A DNA stretch of 64,000 nt from Eledone cirrhosa (lineage: Eukaryota). The translations under genes were made by a program, and so were the position numbers. Where the stretch lies: the NCBI GenBank assembly GCA_964016885.1, contig OZ024750.1, positions 26,474,001 through 26,538,000 of the forward strand, given 5' to 3'. Under the pieces are notes generated by a model, which saw nothing but the letters and a program-made list of their open reading frames with translations, did no database searches and was not told the DNA's origin. Shown piece by piece: positions 15,225-27,777 of the stretch (positions are counted from its first letter, which is position 1; the number at the start of each line of letters is the position of its first letter).

Positions 15225-17513
15225 CTAATCCCATTGGGCTAATCGGGTCTGTGCGTACCCATTACCATGCCCCCTGCCTGCGTCACCCGGAGGACTCCAT
15301 GCTGCAAATGTGCATCTTCTCTGGTGTCTGCATGTCATGATAATTTCAGACTTCAGGTTGACGGCGTCATCCTTCAGTCTGACTATCTCCATGGCCTCGT
15401 GTAGACACAATCGGCACTTTCTACTTCCGGCCGAATATGCCCTCGCGTGGCGAACGATACTCCATTCCAGGGCGTACGGAGTGCCTTCGTCTTTCAGGTC
15501 CCACACCAGGTCCTCTAACCTAGTGGAGAGCCTTTTGCTACGGTCCCTGACGGAATTCGCGATTTAAAGGTCGCGAATGTTGCGCCGATGTAGGTGCGAT
15601 GCGCGTTTTGGGTTGTAACCACACACTTGTATATTAAGTCTTTCATCAAGCATTTTCCCTGTAGGGGGAAGCGGGTGCCCGCTCTAACGTTACAAGTTCT
15701 GCTGTCAGTTCTTTTGCATCCGATGTCCGGGCCTCGATCTGTTATGGCCCTCTCAAGGTTCTCAGGGTGTTCTACCGCGACACTGTTGTCTCCCCCATGC
15801 CACTATTTCCTTCTCCGTGTTGGACCATATCGCTCTCTGCGGGCGCTCTGGGCGCCTCGGGGGCGGAGTTGTCATTTGAGGGCAGGTCCCTGGGTGGTTC
15901 TCCGCGCTCCGAAAGACGGTCTATCTGTCGCCGCGGTTGACGGCCAGTGTGCGCCATCTTCACGGCGTTAGTTTTAGCCATGTAGTCGGCCATATTAGGC
16001 GCCGTGGAGAAGGAAAATTTCACCGTGTGGCGTTTGAAGATTTTGTGGTACTTGTTTGTCGGCGGAAAGCACTCATCCAAAGCTCGGAAGAAAAGTCCTG
16101 GCACGTTGGTGCGTACGTGTTTGTACGGCCCAACCACAATTTCGTCCCGTGTGTTGTCTCTGTCTATGTTCCCGCTAAGTGCGTCGGGGTTATGCTCTAC
16201 AGTTATAAAGTTACGTCGTTCTATGTGGTCATCTATACGTCTATTCCCCTTAGGACTATGTGATGCTGTTGTCGGTGCTGTAGCACTACAACCAGGCTGT
16301 TCGTGCTCCGTGGCGTGTGCCCCGTTCGTATTTGTCGAAGTCCTGTCCATGGTCCCAGTTGCCGCGGAGTATGCAGTGTGCGTGCCAGGCCCATTCCTCC
16401 GCGTACTGGGTGGTCTGGCTCCTATGGGTGCCTTAGTCCTACCTCGAGTCGGCCCGGTGTCATTAATGCTAGTTGTGTTATTTGTGTTCCTGGATACTGC
16501 TACCGGGTCAATTCTTCTACCTAAGGAGGCGCCCTCGCTATTGGCCTTTCTGCACGCCTTATCACTCTGCTCTACTCTGTCCGGGGTATATATTATGGTG
16601 TCTTTGTAACCGGCCCTGCGCAGTGCCTCATTATAATATTTGGCGTGCTGTTTAAACACTTCTGCGTTCGACGACAGGGTGGATACGCGTTTGGATACCC
16701 CTTTAACTATGGCTTCTATGACTGACTTAGGGTGATTCGATTGCCTGTTCACATATTGCATGCTTTCGTTGGGCTTATGGTACGGTCTGTGGATGCCCGT
16801 ATTCATTTCCAAGGTAACGTCCAGGAAATTGACCGTCTTAGTGCTAGTGTCTATTGTCACGGATAAGCCATGTTCTTTAAAAACATGCGATATGCGCTTC
16901 CTCATACGCTCCATCTGACTGGGGTTAAGGGAACGGAAGGTGAAAAGTGCGTCGTCTCTGTATATTCCACCTCCAATCCCCGGGAGGTACATATACCTCG
17001 GTCCTATCCTCTAGTCCTAGCCGTCAGTATACTTTTTGTCGTGACGTTAATACTATCTAAATTTGTCTGTCCTGCGGTCCTATAGTTTTTCCTAATCTCT
17101 TTCCCGAAGCAATCATTGTATGTAAAATGGTCAAGCATGTATACATTACCAGTTTTGTCCGAGGGCACGAGTAAATCCTTGCATTTTTCCATGCTTTTGA
17201 TGGTGGATCCGAGACTTTTGAGATATTTTGTCCGTCGTGCACTATTCCTATGGAACTTGATGTTGACTATACGGTTTTCAACTTCCTCCAGTTGTGCATT
17301 ATGTGGTGGGTCACTTCTCGATCTAAATATCCGCTTTAGGTGTTCCCGAGGGACGTCTGGCGCGTGTTTTTGTGTCCGCCTGTCGTGGTGAAGTGCGCGC
17401 CACCTCATGCGTCTGATAAACGAGTTGGTGTGGTATATCAGCAGGCCCATATACGTGTTATCAGACGGGATCGGTATGTCTTTCATGGAAGAAGAGTAGT
17501 GGAAATTTTCCAA
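15225..17513 (-). pseudogene. PLE RT/GIY-YIG ORF remnants with an internal deletion of the RT fingers/palm
   Basis: ORFs 17004-17513, 15772-16992 and 15225-15506. The sequence jumps from just after the DKT motif directly to GGGIYRDD. Confidence 0.8.
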
Positions 17514-17654
17514 GGCGAATCGCTGTAAGCGGGCTACTTTTGGAGGAGCGTAGTATATAGTTGTGTATAATGGTAGTAATGGTTTTTTATATATATGTTT
17601 GTATGTGTGTCCGTGTGCGTGTGTTTATCTATCTATATATATATATATAGATAT

Positions 17655-20600
17655 ATTTCTTTATTTACCATAAAGGCATAAAAAGAAGGGACAAATACAA
17701 AGGGGGAGTTTACATATAATCGAGTAAAAAGGGTGTAACATGAAAATAATCGAAAATAACCTCAAAAGGGAGGGGACGTGATGGGGGTTGCACACACCCC
17801 CGAAAAAGTGTGCAATCCTTTGCCCGGGGAGCACATGGAGAAGGTGCTCCCCTCTCCTTTACTTCTTTACCTACAGGGTGGTATACAGAGAAGGCCCATT
17901 TACACGGGCCATTCTCGCCACTATCACCCACCTTTCATAAAACTACCTGTGGCCAAGCACCTCTCTCTCCATTCTTATCCTTCTTCCGAAGTGATATCGG
18001 AAGAAGTAGACCAGACTATGACCAGAGAGGAAGTTGCCTGACCTCAGACCTTTCAATCGTGTCCACCAAACAACCTCTTTCAACATGGCTATTACGCACA
18101 GAAAAACCGCCTTTGCTTCCTTTGTGAAGAGGGGAGGCGGTTTGATTGTCATCACGGACTCGGCGGTCAATTGAATCGGCGCCACCCGCGACAGCAGTCG
18201 TTCGGCGTAGCCTCACAGATCAGCCACGCCCGAACATTGCACCAATGCGTGCGCAACGGTTTCATCGTGCCGCACGCATCTAGGGCAAATCTTTTTTGAG
18301 GGATCCCTGCCCGGGCGCCCGTGTCTGTAGAGCCTCTCTCGAACGGGTAGAGCCCCCCGGTAGCACTGCCAGGCCAGTGACTTCTGGAAGTTGTCCATTG
18401 GTCCTGGGCCGAAAGTCCTACCGAACAGGCTGGCCAGTTCGTCTTCTTCCATGTCCAGCGACTCTCCAAGGGTGTCATCGCCCCTGCTAGCCACCAGTCC
18501 TCTATAGAATGATGAATTGGATTCTCCACCGATGGCCTGGCCCGCTTTCCAGAGAGCCCTGAGCGCCTGAGCACACTCAGTGTGCCAGTCTCCCAGTTTT
18601 CCGGATCTTTGCTTGACCCAGGACTGTAGCTCGGTGAGCGAGACGAGTCTCGGAAAGGCTCGTTTCACGAACGGAGCCCACACCGGTTGACCAGTGAGGA
18701 ATACCTGTAGGTGCCGTAGCCTTAATGCGTGCCTACGAATCATCAACCACGGCATCCCCAGCCCTTCTTTCAAAGGTTGTTGGCAGCAGATGGATCTTCT
18801 CACCATAGGAGGGCGCTTCTTCCAAAGAAATTGGAAGAGCATGCGTTCCATGGTGGTCAGTGTTTCCTTAGGGCAAGGCACAACAGTCAGGCGGTAGTAA
18901 GTGACGGACGCTATGTAAATGTTCTCCACCTCCGCCCGGCCTTTTAGGGACAGCTTACACTTGGCCCATTTCTGGGTTAGTGCAAACACCTTGTTCGTAA
19001 CCTCGTTCCAGTTCTTTTCCACCTGGAGGTCCGGTCCAAACCAGACCCCAAGCAACTTTACCGGGCCCTCCGTCCAGTGTCCGACGACACCGTCCGGAGT
19101 CATCGGTCTGCCTGTTCACGTTCCGAGTTGCAGCCCGATGGATTTTTCCCGGTTCAGTTTCGCTCCTGACAACCTTTCGTACTCCTCCAATAAGGTAGCA
19201 ATCGCCTCGATCTCCGAGTCGGTCGATACCATTACTGTTACGTCATCCGCGTAGGCCGACACCGCTTTGCTCAATCCTGGTTCCAGGGGGATACCCTGCA
19301 ACAACTCCAACTTCCTCAGTAAAGGCTCGAGAGTCAATACGTACAGAAGGGAGGAGAGAGGGCACCCCTGTCGAACGGATCGTGTGATTTCGAACGGCTT
19401 CGAAAGGTAGCCGTTCACCTTGATCCTAGAACAGATGTGGTTGCTATGTAAGGCAGTGATCCAGCCTCTGAAAACAGGACCGAACCCAGCCGCCGCTAGC
19501 ACCGCATCCAGGTAACCATGGTCGACCCTATCGAAGGCCTTAGACTGATCCAAGTTGATCAGGGCCCCACCGAAGCCGGGTTTGTTGCCAACCCTCTCTA
19601 TGATGTATCACATGAGGTGGAGGTTATCGTGAATGGACCTGGATGGGATAGCACATGTCTGCGCATCTCCCACCAGGCCACCCACGACAAGCGCCAACCT
19701 CTTTGCTAACACCTTGGCCAAAATCTTTAACTCTGTGTTTAGCAGGGTTATGGGCCGAAAATTATTTATACTATCTCCCTTGTTCTCGTCCTTCCTCACC
19801 AGCGTGACTACGCCCTTGGCTACAGAACAAGGAATTCTCCCGTTCTGCTGCCAATTGCAGTAGACCGCTTCGAGGATTTCGGAGAAGAAGACAGGCATTG
19901 CTAAACAAAGTTCGTAAGGTATACCATCGATACCTGGAGATTTGCGTCTGCTGCATTGGCTCAACGCATCTCCGATCTCATCAGCCGAGATTGGTCCCTC
20001 GCAGGACTCTGCCTCTTCGCTCGAGAGACGCGGCAGGCCGTCGAGGTAGGGACCGAAATCCACGCCCCCGCCCGGACCCTCGCCTCCCCCGAACAATCGG
20101 GCAAAGTGCCTTTGAAAGGCCTCGCACATCTGCTTAAGCTCCCGGATCACCCGTCCATCTTCGTCTTGCAACGACCGGATGGTGGATCGATTTCCACTCT
20201 TAGCTTCTGTCACGCGGGCCCAGCCAACGGCTTTTGCCCCCTCATTACCTAGAGCACGTATTTTACTTCGAATGACGCAGCCTTCGTGCTTTGCATCGAA
20301 AAACTGGTTCAAGGCCGTCCTCGATGCCAGCACTCTGGCCACATCTTCGCTCTTGATTGCCTCTTCTAATTTACCTGTTAATTCTTTCTCGTTTCTATTC
20401 CTATCGGCAGCTAACATCTTGCTATAACTTATTGATTCTGTTCTAATCTCTCTTTTGAGAGATGCCCACAATCGGTTGTTGACGATTGCACCCGTCAACC
20501 TCTCCTTAACTAATCTGCTAATACGGTTTCTGTAAGTCTCTTTTGCCGGTAAAGACAAATTAAGTTTCCAGTAACCGGGACCCTGTCTATGTGTTTTCTC

Positions 20601-21078
20601 GAGATTGACCACGCAGGTCACTAATTTGTGATCCGTGTAGCCAACCGTGCGCATTTCTGGACAGCTTAATATGTCCCTATCCTTACTTCTAACTAAGAAT
20701 CTATCTAAGTACGATCTAGATTGACCACTGTGGTTTCTCCAAGTCCAGGTAGGCACAGTTGGAAAATCTAGTCGATATCTATCGACCAAGTTAAAACGGT
20801 CGAGTAACCCCTTGAGGCTGTTACACTCCCCTCTATTAGGACATGCTCCTGCATAGTCCCAACGTGCATCCAGGATGTCATTCCAATCCCCCGCTAGAAG
20901 CAGGGAACGCGACGTTCCCAGAAAAGTCTCTAAACGCTGGAAGAAGTCGGGCCGTTCAGCTCCGAAAGGGGAGTAGACGGCGACCAGTCTCAAGGCCGCA
21001 CTTTCACTACTGACAACGTCTAGTACCAACAAACGACCCTCCGGGTCCGAGTGCACAACCTGTACGGCAAGACCCAGG
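17655..21078 (-). mobile_element. Tx1/L1-clade LINE ORF2 (APE + RT + C-terminal Zn motif), 5'-truncated and disrupted
   Basis: Motifs AGDWN, SYLDRFLV, TDHK, GPGYWKLN, KSPGIDG, FRPITLLN, DQSKAFDRV, RQGCPLS, AYADDV and CPRCVRHDETVAHALVQC. The 3' end reads AATAAAGAAA followed by a microsatellite. Confidence 0.9.
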
Positions 21079-21224
21079 ATATATATATAGATAGATAGAT
21101 AAACACACGCACACGGACACACACACATATATATACATACATATATATAAAAAAGAGTCAGGACCCCGACAGCTGTGCTCCGGACGTTTCGACAGCTAAA
21201 TCCGAACTAAGCCACCAGTATTAG

Positions 21225-21318
<94 letters not shown>

Positions 21319-21589
21319 TGCGTGTTGGTGTCTGCGTGTCTGTGTGTGTGCGTGTATGTTTATTTATACATTTATACAAACTAACACACTTTCAAATATT
21401 AATAAGAAAATATATGATCACGTGACAACTGGTTGAGCTTGTTTTGTTTGGGAAGTCTGAATTTCATGATGGGTGCATTTCGATATATTGGGTCCTACAC
21501 CTATCTCCCACACGCTGTTGACATGAAATATCCATCTGCACAGTGTTATAGCACAGCTATATTTATATGTATCTATATCTCTTCAAATA

Positions 21590-21775
21590 ATTGTTTCTAC
21601 TATTGGCACAAGGCCAGAAAATTACCCAGTACATTACTGGTACTTTATTTTATCGACCCCGTAAGGATGAAAGCCAAAGTTAACCTCGGCGGGATTTGAA
21701 CTCAGAATGGCAAGGGCCGTAACTCTATGCGTCAAAGCATGGCGTCCGAACCTCTACCGATACTGCCAATCCACA
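21590..21775 (-). mobile_element. Octopus-type tRNA SINE
   Basis: Box A TGGCAGTATCGG and box B GAGTTCAAATCC; same core as the copy at 2290. Confidence 0.8.
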
Positions 21776-21839
21776 AACGCAACACATATATCTCGGTGTA
21801 TCGATTTAACTGCAGTTCATCTATCCATTTTCTAACTAT

Positions 21840-22380
21840 TTATCTTTCCTTGAAAGGTCGAGCGGAGGTGGCGAACACTTACATAGCGAATTTCTGTTTT
21901 CCTCTGTATAGTGGCTATGGTAAAAGAGGTTATAAGGTGGACAAGATGGAGAGGGCTGAGGACAGATGCCTTTCACTCCGGACAACTCATTCCCTTATTT
22001 AGGTAACACTTTAGAAGGAAAATCAGAGTGGAGGGAGAGGCACTGCACCCCAGTAAATTTACTGGAATGTGGGTGAATGTAGCAAAAGTGGCCGAGGGAA
22101 TGGGCCTTCTCTGTATATAAACCTGTAGGTTGAAGAAGAGAGCAAAAGAAAGAATGGAACACTTGCACAACACGCTCCTGGAGTCGAGGGTTGTTCAATC
22201 TACGGGGTATAAAACAAATCATTTGTAACGCCTCTCCCCTGTTGGGGATTTTAATTGTTGAATTTGTGAATTTGTTTGTTAAATTTTTTTTTACCCTTTT
22301 GTATGTAAAATCCCCGGCATATGTCCTTGTATTGTCCCCTTTTCTTGTGCGCCCTTGTGGCAAATATAGAAATCTATCTA
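21840..22380 (+). mobile_element. Internally deleted 3' fragment of the Tx1-like LINE
   Basis: LSLKGRAEVANTYIA is joined to the ORF2 C-terminus and 3' UTR. Ends in (ATCT)n. Confidence 0.8.
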
Positions 22381-22389
22381 TCTATCTAT

Positions 22390-23581
22390 CTGTGGAAGAA
22401 GCAGGCTCCGCTGGTGAGGACATCCGCCTGCTGTCAGCACCCTTCCAACGGAGGCTGGGAATGCCGCGGCTGATGATGCGCAAACATGCGCTGAGGCTGC
22501 GGCATCTCCAGGTATTCCTCACCGACCCCCAACCGGTGTGGGCACCGTTTGTGAGACAGGCTTTCCCACAGCTCGTCTCGCTAACGGAGCTGCAGTCCTG
22601 GGTGAAGAAAAGACCGAAAACGATGGGCGCCTGGCACATTGAATGCGCTCAGGCGCTCACAGTCCTCTGGCAAGCGGGCGCAGCAATCAGTGGAGACTCC
22701 ACTTCGACATTCTATAGAGGGATTGTACGTTACAAGGGCGACGACGTGCTCGGAGAGACTCTGGGCGTCGAAGACGATGAGCTCACCAGTATGTTTGGTA
22801 GGACTTTCCGCCCGGGACCTATGGACAACTTCCAGAGGTCCCTGGCCTGGCAGTGCTACCGAGGAGCTCTACCGGTTCGTGACAAGATCTACAGGCACGG
22901 ACGCCCTGGCAGAGATCCTTCCAAGAGGACGTGTCCAAGATGTGCGCAGGACATTGAAACAGTTCTGCACGCAATTGTACACTGCCCGGGCGTAAGCGAC
23001 CTGTGGAACTATGCAGAACAACTGCTGTCGCGTATGGGACAAATACAGTTGACTGCCGAGTCCATAGTAAGGATCAAACCGCCAGACTCTTTCAAAAACG
23101 AAAGAGAGGCGGTTTTCCTCTGTACGGTGGCTATGGTGAAAGAAGTTATATGGTGGACGAGGTTGAGAGGACTGAGGACAGATGCCTTTCTCTCCGGACA
23201 ACAATTGATTCCGTTCTTTAAGTATCATTTTAGAAGGAGAATCAGGGTGGAGAGAGAGGCACTGCACCCCAGTAAATTTACTGAAAGGTGGGTGAATGAA
23301 GCGAAAATGGCCCGAGTGATTGGGCCTTCTCTGTTTATAAGCCTGTAGGTTGAGGAAGAGAGCAAAAGGAAGAAAGGAGCACTTGCACAACACGCTCCTT
23401 GAGTTGATGGTTGTTCTATCGACGGGGTATTAAACAACCCATTTGTGGCGCTTCCCCCCTATTGGGGATTTCGATTGTTGAAATTGTTTGTTTTTATATT
23501 TTTTACACGACTGTATGTAAAATCCCCGGCATGTCTTTGTATTGTCCCCTTTCTTGTTGCGCCCTTGTGGCTAATAAAGAA

Positions 23582-23582
<1 letters not shown>
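22390..23582 (+). mobile_element. 3' fragment of the Tx1-like LINE
   Basis: Homologous to 17655-18830 (HALRLRHLQVFLT, SLAWQCYRGALPVR, CPRC..H..C). Ends AATAAAGAA plus (ATCT)n to ~23680. Confidence 0.85.
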
Positions 23583-23645
<63 letters not shown>

Positions 23646-24375
23646 CTTTACCTATCTATCTACCTATCTACCTATCTATCTATATGTCTGTCTTGTTAGT
23701 CCGTACGTCCTTCCCTCCATTTGTCCGTCCATCCTTCCCGGCTTTTTAGTGTATCGTTTATTGTCAATTACGTGCGTTGACGCTGTTAAATTAAATTTAC
23801 GTAAATTCAAAAAAAACTGCGAGGCACACAATGGACCGATTAATCTTATGTCCACTAATAAATGCAGAAATATCTTACATCTTTACTGTATTTTAAAAAG
23901 TAGGAAATATTGGTCGATAGACTACAATAGGCACGCCTAGCTAAAACAACATTATTTTATAATCTTCTCTACGTACGCTCACTTCTCAATTTCATTTCCT
24001 TCTCTACATTTCTTTTGACTCTCACTTTTCCTCTTTCTTTTTTTCTGACCCATCAAGCCTTTCTTAACATCACGCCCTCTCTTAGTTTTTGTGTGACTAC
24101 TTCATTGGTTGTCTTGCAAACGTGTAACTAACTACTTAGAATAAGCATGACATTTTCAGCTACACCTGTATATATCTGTTACTAAATCACATAAGAGAGA
24201 CGAAATGTAGCTCGAGATTAGTGAGATAATAGTATAACTGTTTATACATTTTTGTGGGTTGCTCAGATGTCTAGCCACCCTATATAAGACCCGAATGTTA
24301 TTGAACATGATTGAACATTTTTGGACAAAGTTTTCAGTGTGAGAATAACATGATAGCTTGCCGTGTTCTTTTCAG

Positions 24376-24485
24376 GATCATCTTCTACTTCCACTGACTT
24401 CATAGTTCCACTGACTTTCAAGGAGGGCAAATATAAAATATCTCCCATTGGAAACATTTTGCTAGACAAAGCAGAACTATACAAT
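24376..24485 (+). other. Candidate host exon (SSSTSTDFIVPLTFKEGKYKISPIGNILLDKAELYN), with a possible next exon starting at 24561
   Basis: TTCTTTTCAG acceptor and AAT|GTACGT donor, one open frame, in non-repetitive sequence. No homology recognised. Confidence 0.25.
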
Positions 24486-25565
24486 GTACGTCAACATTTG
24501 GAAGACTATATTTTCTCTTAGGGCTTACTTTTGACTCATGTTTTCTTTTAATCATTACAGGCTTTTGATAGAAGAATGTAGACGACTACAGTTTTCCGGC
24601 TGGATGAGCTACAGATATCAAAGGAAGAGTTACTTGCAACTCTAATGTGTCGCATTTCTCTTTCTATGTTTATTAATAATGGAAACTATCAATATTTCAA
24701 ATTCATTAAACAATAAAAAAAAGTTGAGGATCAAATTCTCACATTTTTTTTCCTTAAAAGATTGTCAAAATCAAAGAGAAATTCCCACATGATACTCTCG
24801 TCTGAATTTCTTGTTTGATGTTCAAGTTGAACATCTGTAATTCATTGTTAAAAATACGAGCCAGGATATAAAACTAGGTGGGCATTGTTCTGGACAGAAG
24901 AGATTATGGGGAAAGAACAATATTAAGAAGAACAAATATGAGAGTTGGCTAGGATACGAGGAATACGCATGAGGTGAAAAAGTTATGCAAATATCTAGAG
25001 CAGAACAACAGATCATTATACTAGTGATGTAAATAGAAAGAAGAATAACAGACGGCAAGTCTATGAATATCCTTTCTGATTTGTTTAATAATGATTGTGT
25101 GTATCAGTAGCATTGTTGTGGAGATTTGAGCTGAAGTATAATGTGGCTTTAAGTTGAACCTTGTAGAGTGTTAGAAATTGAGTGGGATTGATGTATTTTC
25201 TGGCTCTATATATGGAATTTAATGTGTGTGAAACAATTTATTCATGTGTTATTTCTTAGGTTTCATCAGATGTTCCAATATTTGTATCAATGTTGAAAGT
25301 CTTAAGTGTATGTTAATCATAATTAGAGAGTACAAGGTACGACATTATGTAACAGATGTATGTAGTGACAGAATTGTTTTTTTGGGGGAGAACGTTATCC
25401 TCTTCATTTTGACAGATGTTCCCCAAACCATGGATTCACTTTATGTTGGTGTGAATTAATGGTATTGCGTACAAGTGACACATGTATGTGACAATCTAAG
25501 CAGGAGTAAAGTGTAGCAAATTTTGAGTTGCATTGTGCCTCATTAGAGGCAATAACAATGTAGAG

Positions 25566-26270
25566 CAAGGTTCTTAAATGGGGGCATATGACCCCCGGGA
25601 CGGTTCCTGAGCTCCAGAGGGGCATTTTGTGTGTGTGTAGGGGTGGTGGTGAAGATTTGGGAGCGCTAGGCTATTTACTTAGGTAAATTTTATAAGCCAT
25701 ATTTTTACGTCTCTGAGACAGCCAGTCTGAATGCATTTTGAATAAAGAAAACGAAGAAAATAAATAAAAGAAGCTTGTCAACCAATTCCCCAGGGAGATA
25801 AATGAAAAACGTAAGAAATCAAAGAAAATGAAAATATGGACAACGTCAACTTTTACAACAGTTACAAGAACAACAGAATCGACAAGAAAAAGAAGCAATG
25901 GTGATGAAAGGTTTGGGTGTATACATATACATACATAGAATCATACAAACACATGCATACATACATGGTGGGTGCACTCTCGTTTTCTAGTACGGCCACT
26001 ACTTTATATCCATGTAGGAGAACTCCTACCGATGCGCTGAACGAGTGTGACTTTTTAGTCCAGCCAGCAACTTGAAAACTCTGGTACAAACACTACACTT
26101 GTGACAATTATTGACACATAGTGCTGGGCCCATGATACCATGTGACGACAAGTGCAGAGAGATCTCCAGATATAAAGCAATGCCAGTGCTGTGAAGCTTT
26201 TATAGTGAGCAAAGGCACTGCACAAAGCCAGTCCCTCTCTATTAAACAAGATGATATTTACAAATAAGAA
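25566..26270 (+). mobile_element. Left portion of the hAT-like non-autonomous element; resumes at ~31270-31390 after the R4 insertions
   Basis: Begins CAAGGTTCTTAA..GGGGGCATATGACCCCC and is colinear with the reverse complement of 1-898. Confidence 0.6.
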
Positions 26271-26631
26271 GAACATGTCAACATCATTGGATACCATCAG
26301 GGTTGCAGTATAATATCAGAGTTTTCCTTCTCCTAGAATTCTGCCTTTAAAAAGGCTAAGGGGTCATCTCTCCCGGTGATTTTGGATGGCCATTGACTCT
26401 AAAAAGCTCCTTTGCCCTTTGACAGGTTTTGGTTTTAGTCCTGCAGGATGTCCAAAGTCACCCTCCTCACCAAGAAACCTTGGTTGGGTTGCCAGTTTAG
26501 TCGCCAACGACCCGACAATGAGACAGGTTGTACTGGGATACATGTTACCATATATACATACATACATGCATACATACATACATACATACATACATACATA
26601 CATACATACATACATACATTTATGTATGTAT

Positions 26632-27762
26632 GTGATGTGGATAGGCTATACTTCTCACGCAAGGAAAGTTGTCGGGGTCTAAAATCCATATTAACATCAT
26701 ATGAGACCCGGATAGTAACACTGAAGCAACACCTTCAACAGAGGAAAAAGGTTGGCAACCATCTTGCCCAGGTTTATGAGCATGAAAAAAAATATATCAT
26801 TAGAATAGCCACTGATCTGGATGAGAGATATGGAATAAAGCCTGATATAAATCTCTCACCCAGAGAAATCGGAAGATCCTATTCAATGTTCAAACAAGAT
26901 GAAAAAATTGACCAATTTACAGAAAAGGTTGTGCATGGATACTTGAGACGCAAAACACAGACGATAGAGGGGATAAACCACTCAAAAAGCCTGGCATGGA
27001 GTTCCGACAAGTTTATGTCATCACACCTTGAGGGATATCTCTATGCAATACAAGAACAAGAACTCCCTACCAAATATCTGCTGCACAAAAGGGGAGGGCC
27101 ATCAGCTGACAATAAATGTAGGCTATTTAAAACAAAGATCGAGGATGTAAGCCACATTGTTGCCAGCTGCGAAAGAATGTCATCTCGCTACTACCTCCCC
27201 ATGAGACACGATGGGATAGCTAGAACCATCTGGAACGCACTTCGGAAAACAAAATTAAAAACAAACGAGGAAGAATATATTGAGACAGATGGCACTAAGG
27301 AATATTGATGGAATCTGAAAATAAAAACTGCCACCAAATTAAAGCACAACCGGCCTGATATTGTTGTTTGGAACCACACATTGAAAACGTGTTCTGTTGT
27401 GGAGATCAGCTGCCCACTTGATGTAAACGTTGTCAGAAAAATACAGGAGGACATCTATGGACCATTGAGGAGGAGTTTACAAATCAAGTATCCAAGATAC
27501 ACCTTTAACTTCATACCCATCATTATTGGAGCTACGGATTATATACCAACCCGCTTGGATCAAAGTATGACTGAACTTGGATTTGCGGACAAAGAACGCA
27601 GCTCCCTAATTCACAGTCTACAAATGGCTGCGATAGCTGGCACCTTCAAAATTTGCAAAACATTCTTGCGATTCAAGGGATGACAATTTCTTTTCTTTTA
27701 CAACCTTGCCATCAGGAAGGTGGCCGGTCAAAAAATATACTCGAAATTAAGAGAAAGAGATA
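26632..27762 (+). mobile_element. 5'-truncated R4/Dong-clade LINE (thumb, CCHC, restriction-like endonuclease)
   Basis: DVDRLYFSRKESCRGL, AIQEQEL, CRL..HIVASC..RHD, NRPDIVV..VVEISCP and IPIIIGA. Flanked by (ACAT)n. Confidence 0.85.
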
Positions 27763-27777
27763 ACATACATACATACA

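Noticed and set aside
21165-21225. Hammerhead (minus-strand GAAACGUC with CUGGUGG)
   Set aside because: The core is doubly mutated and there is no stem I complementarity.
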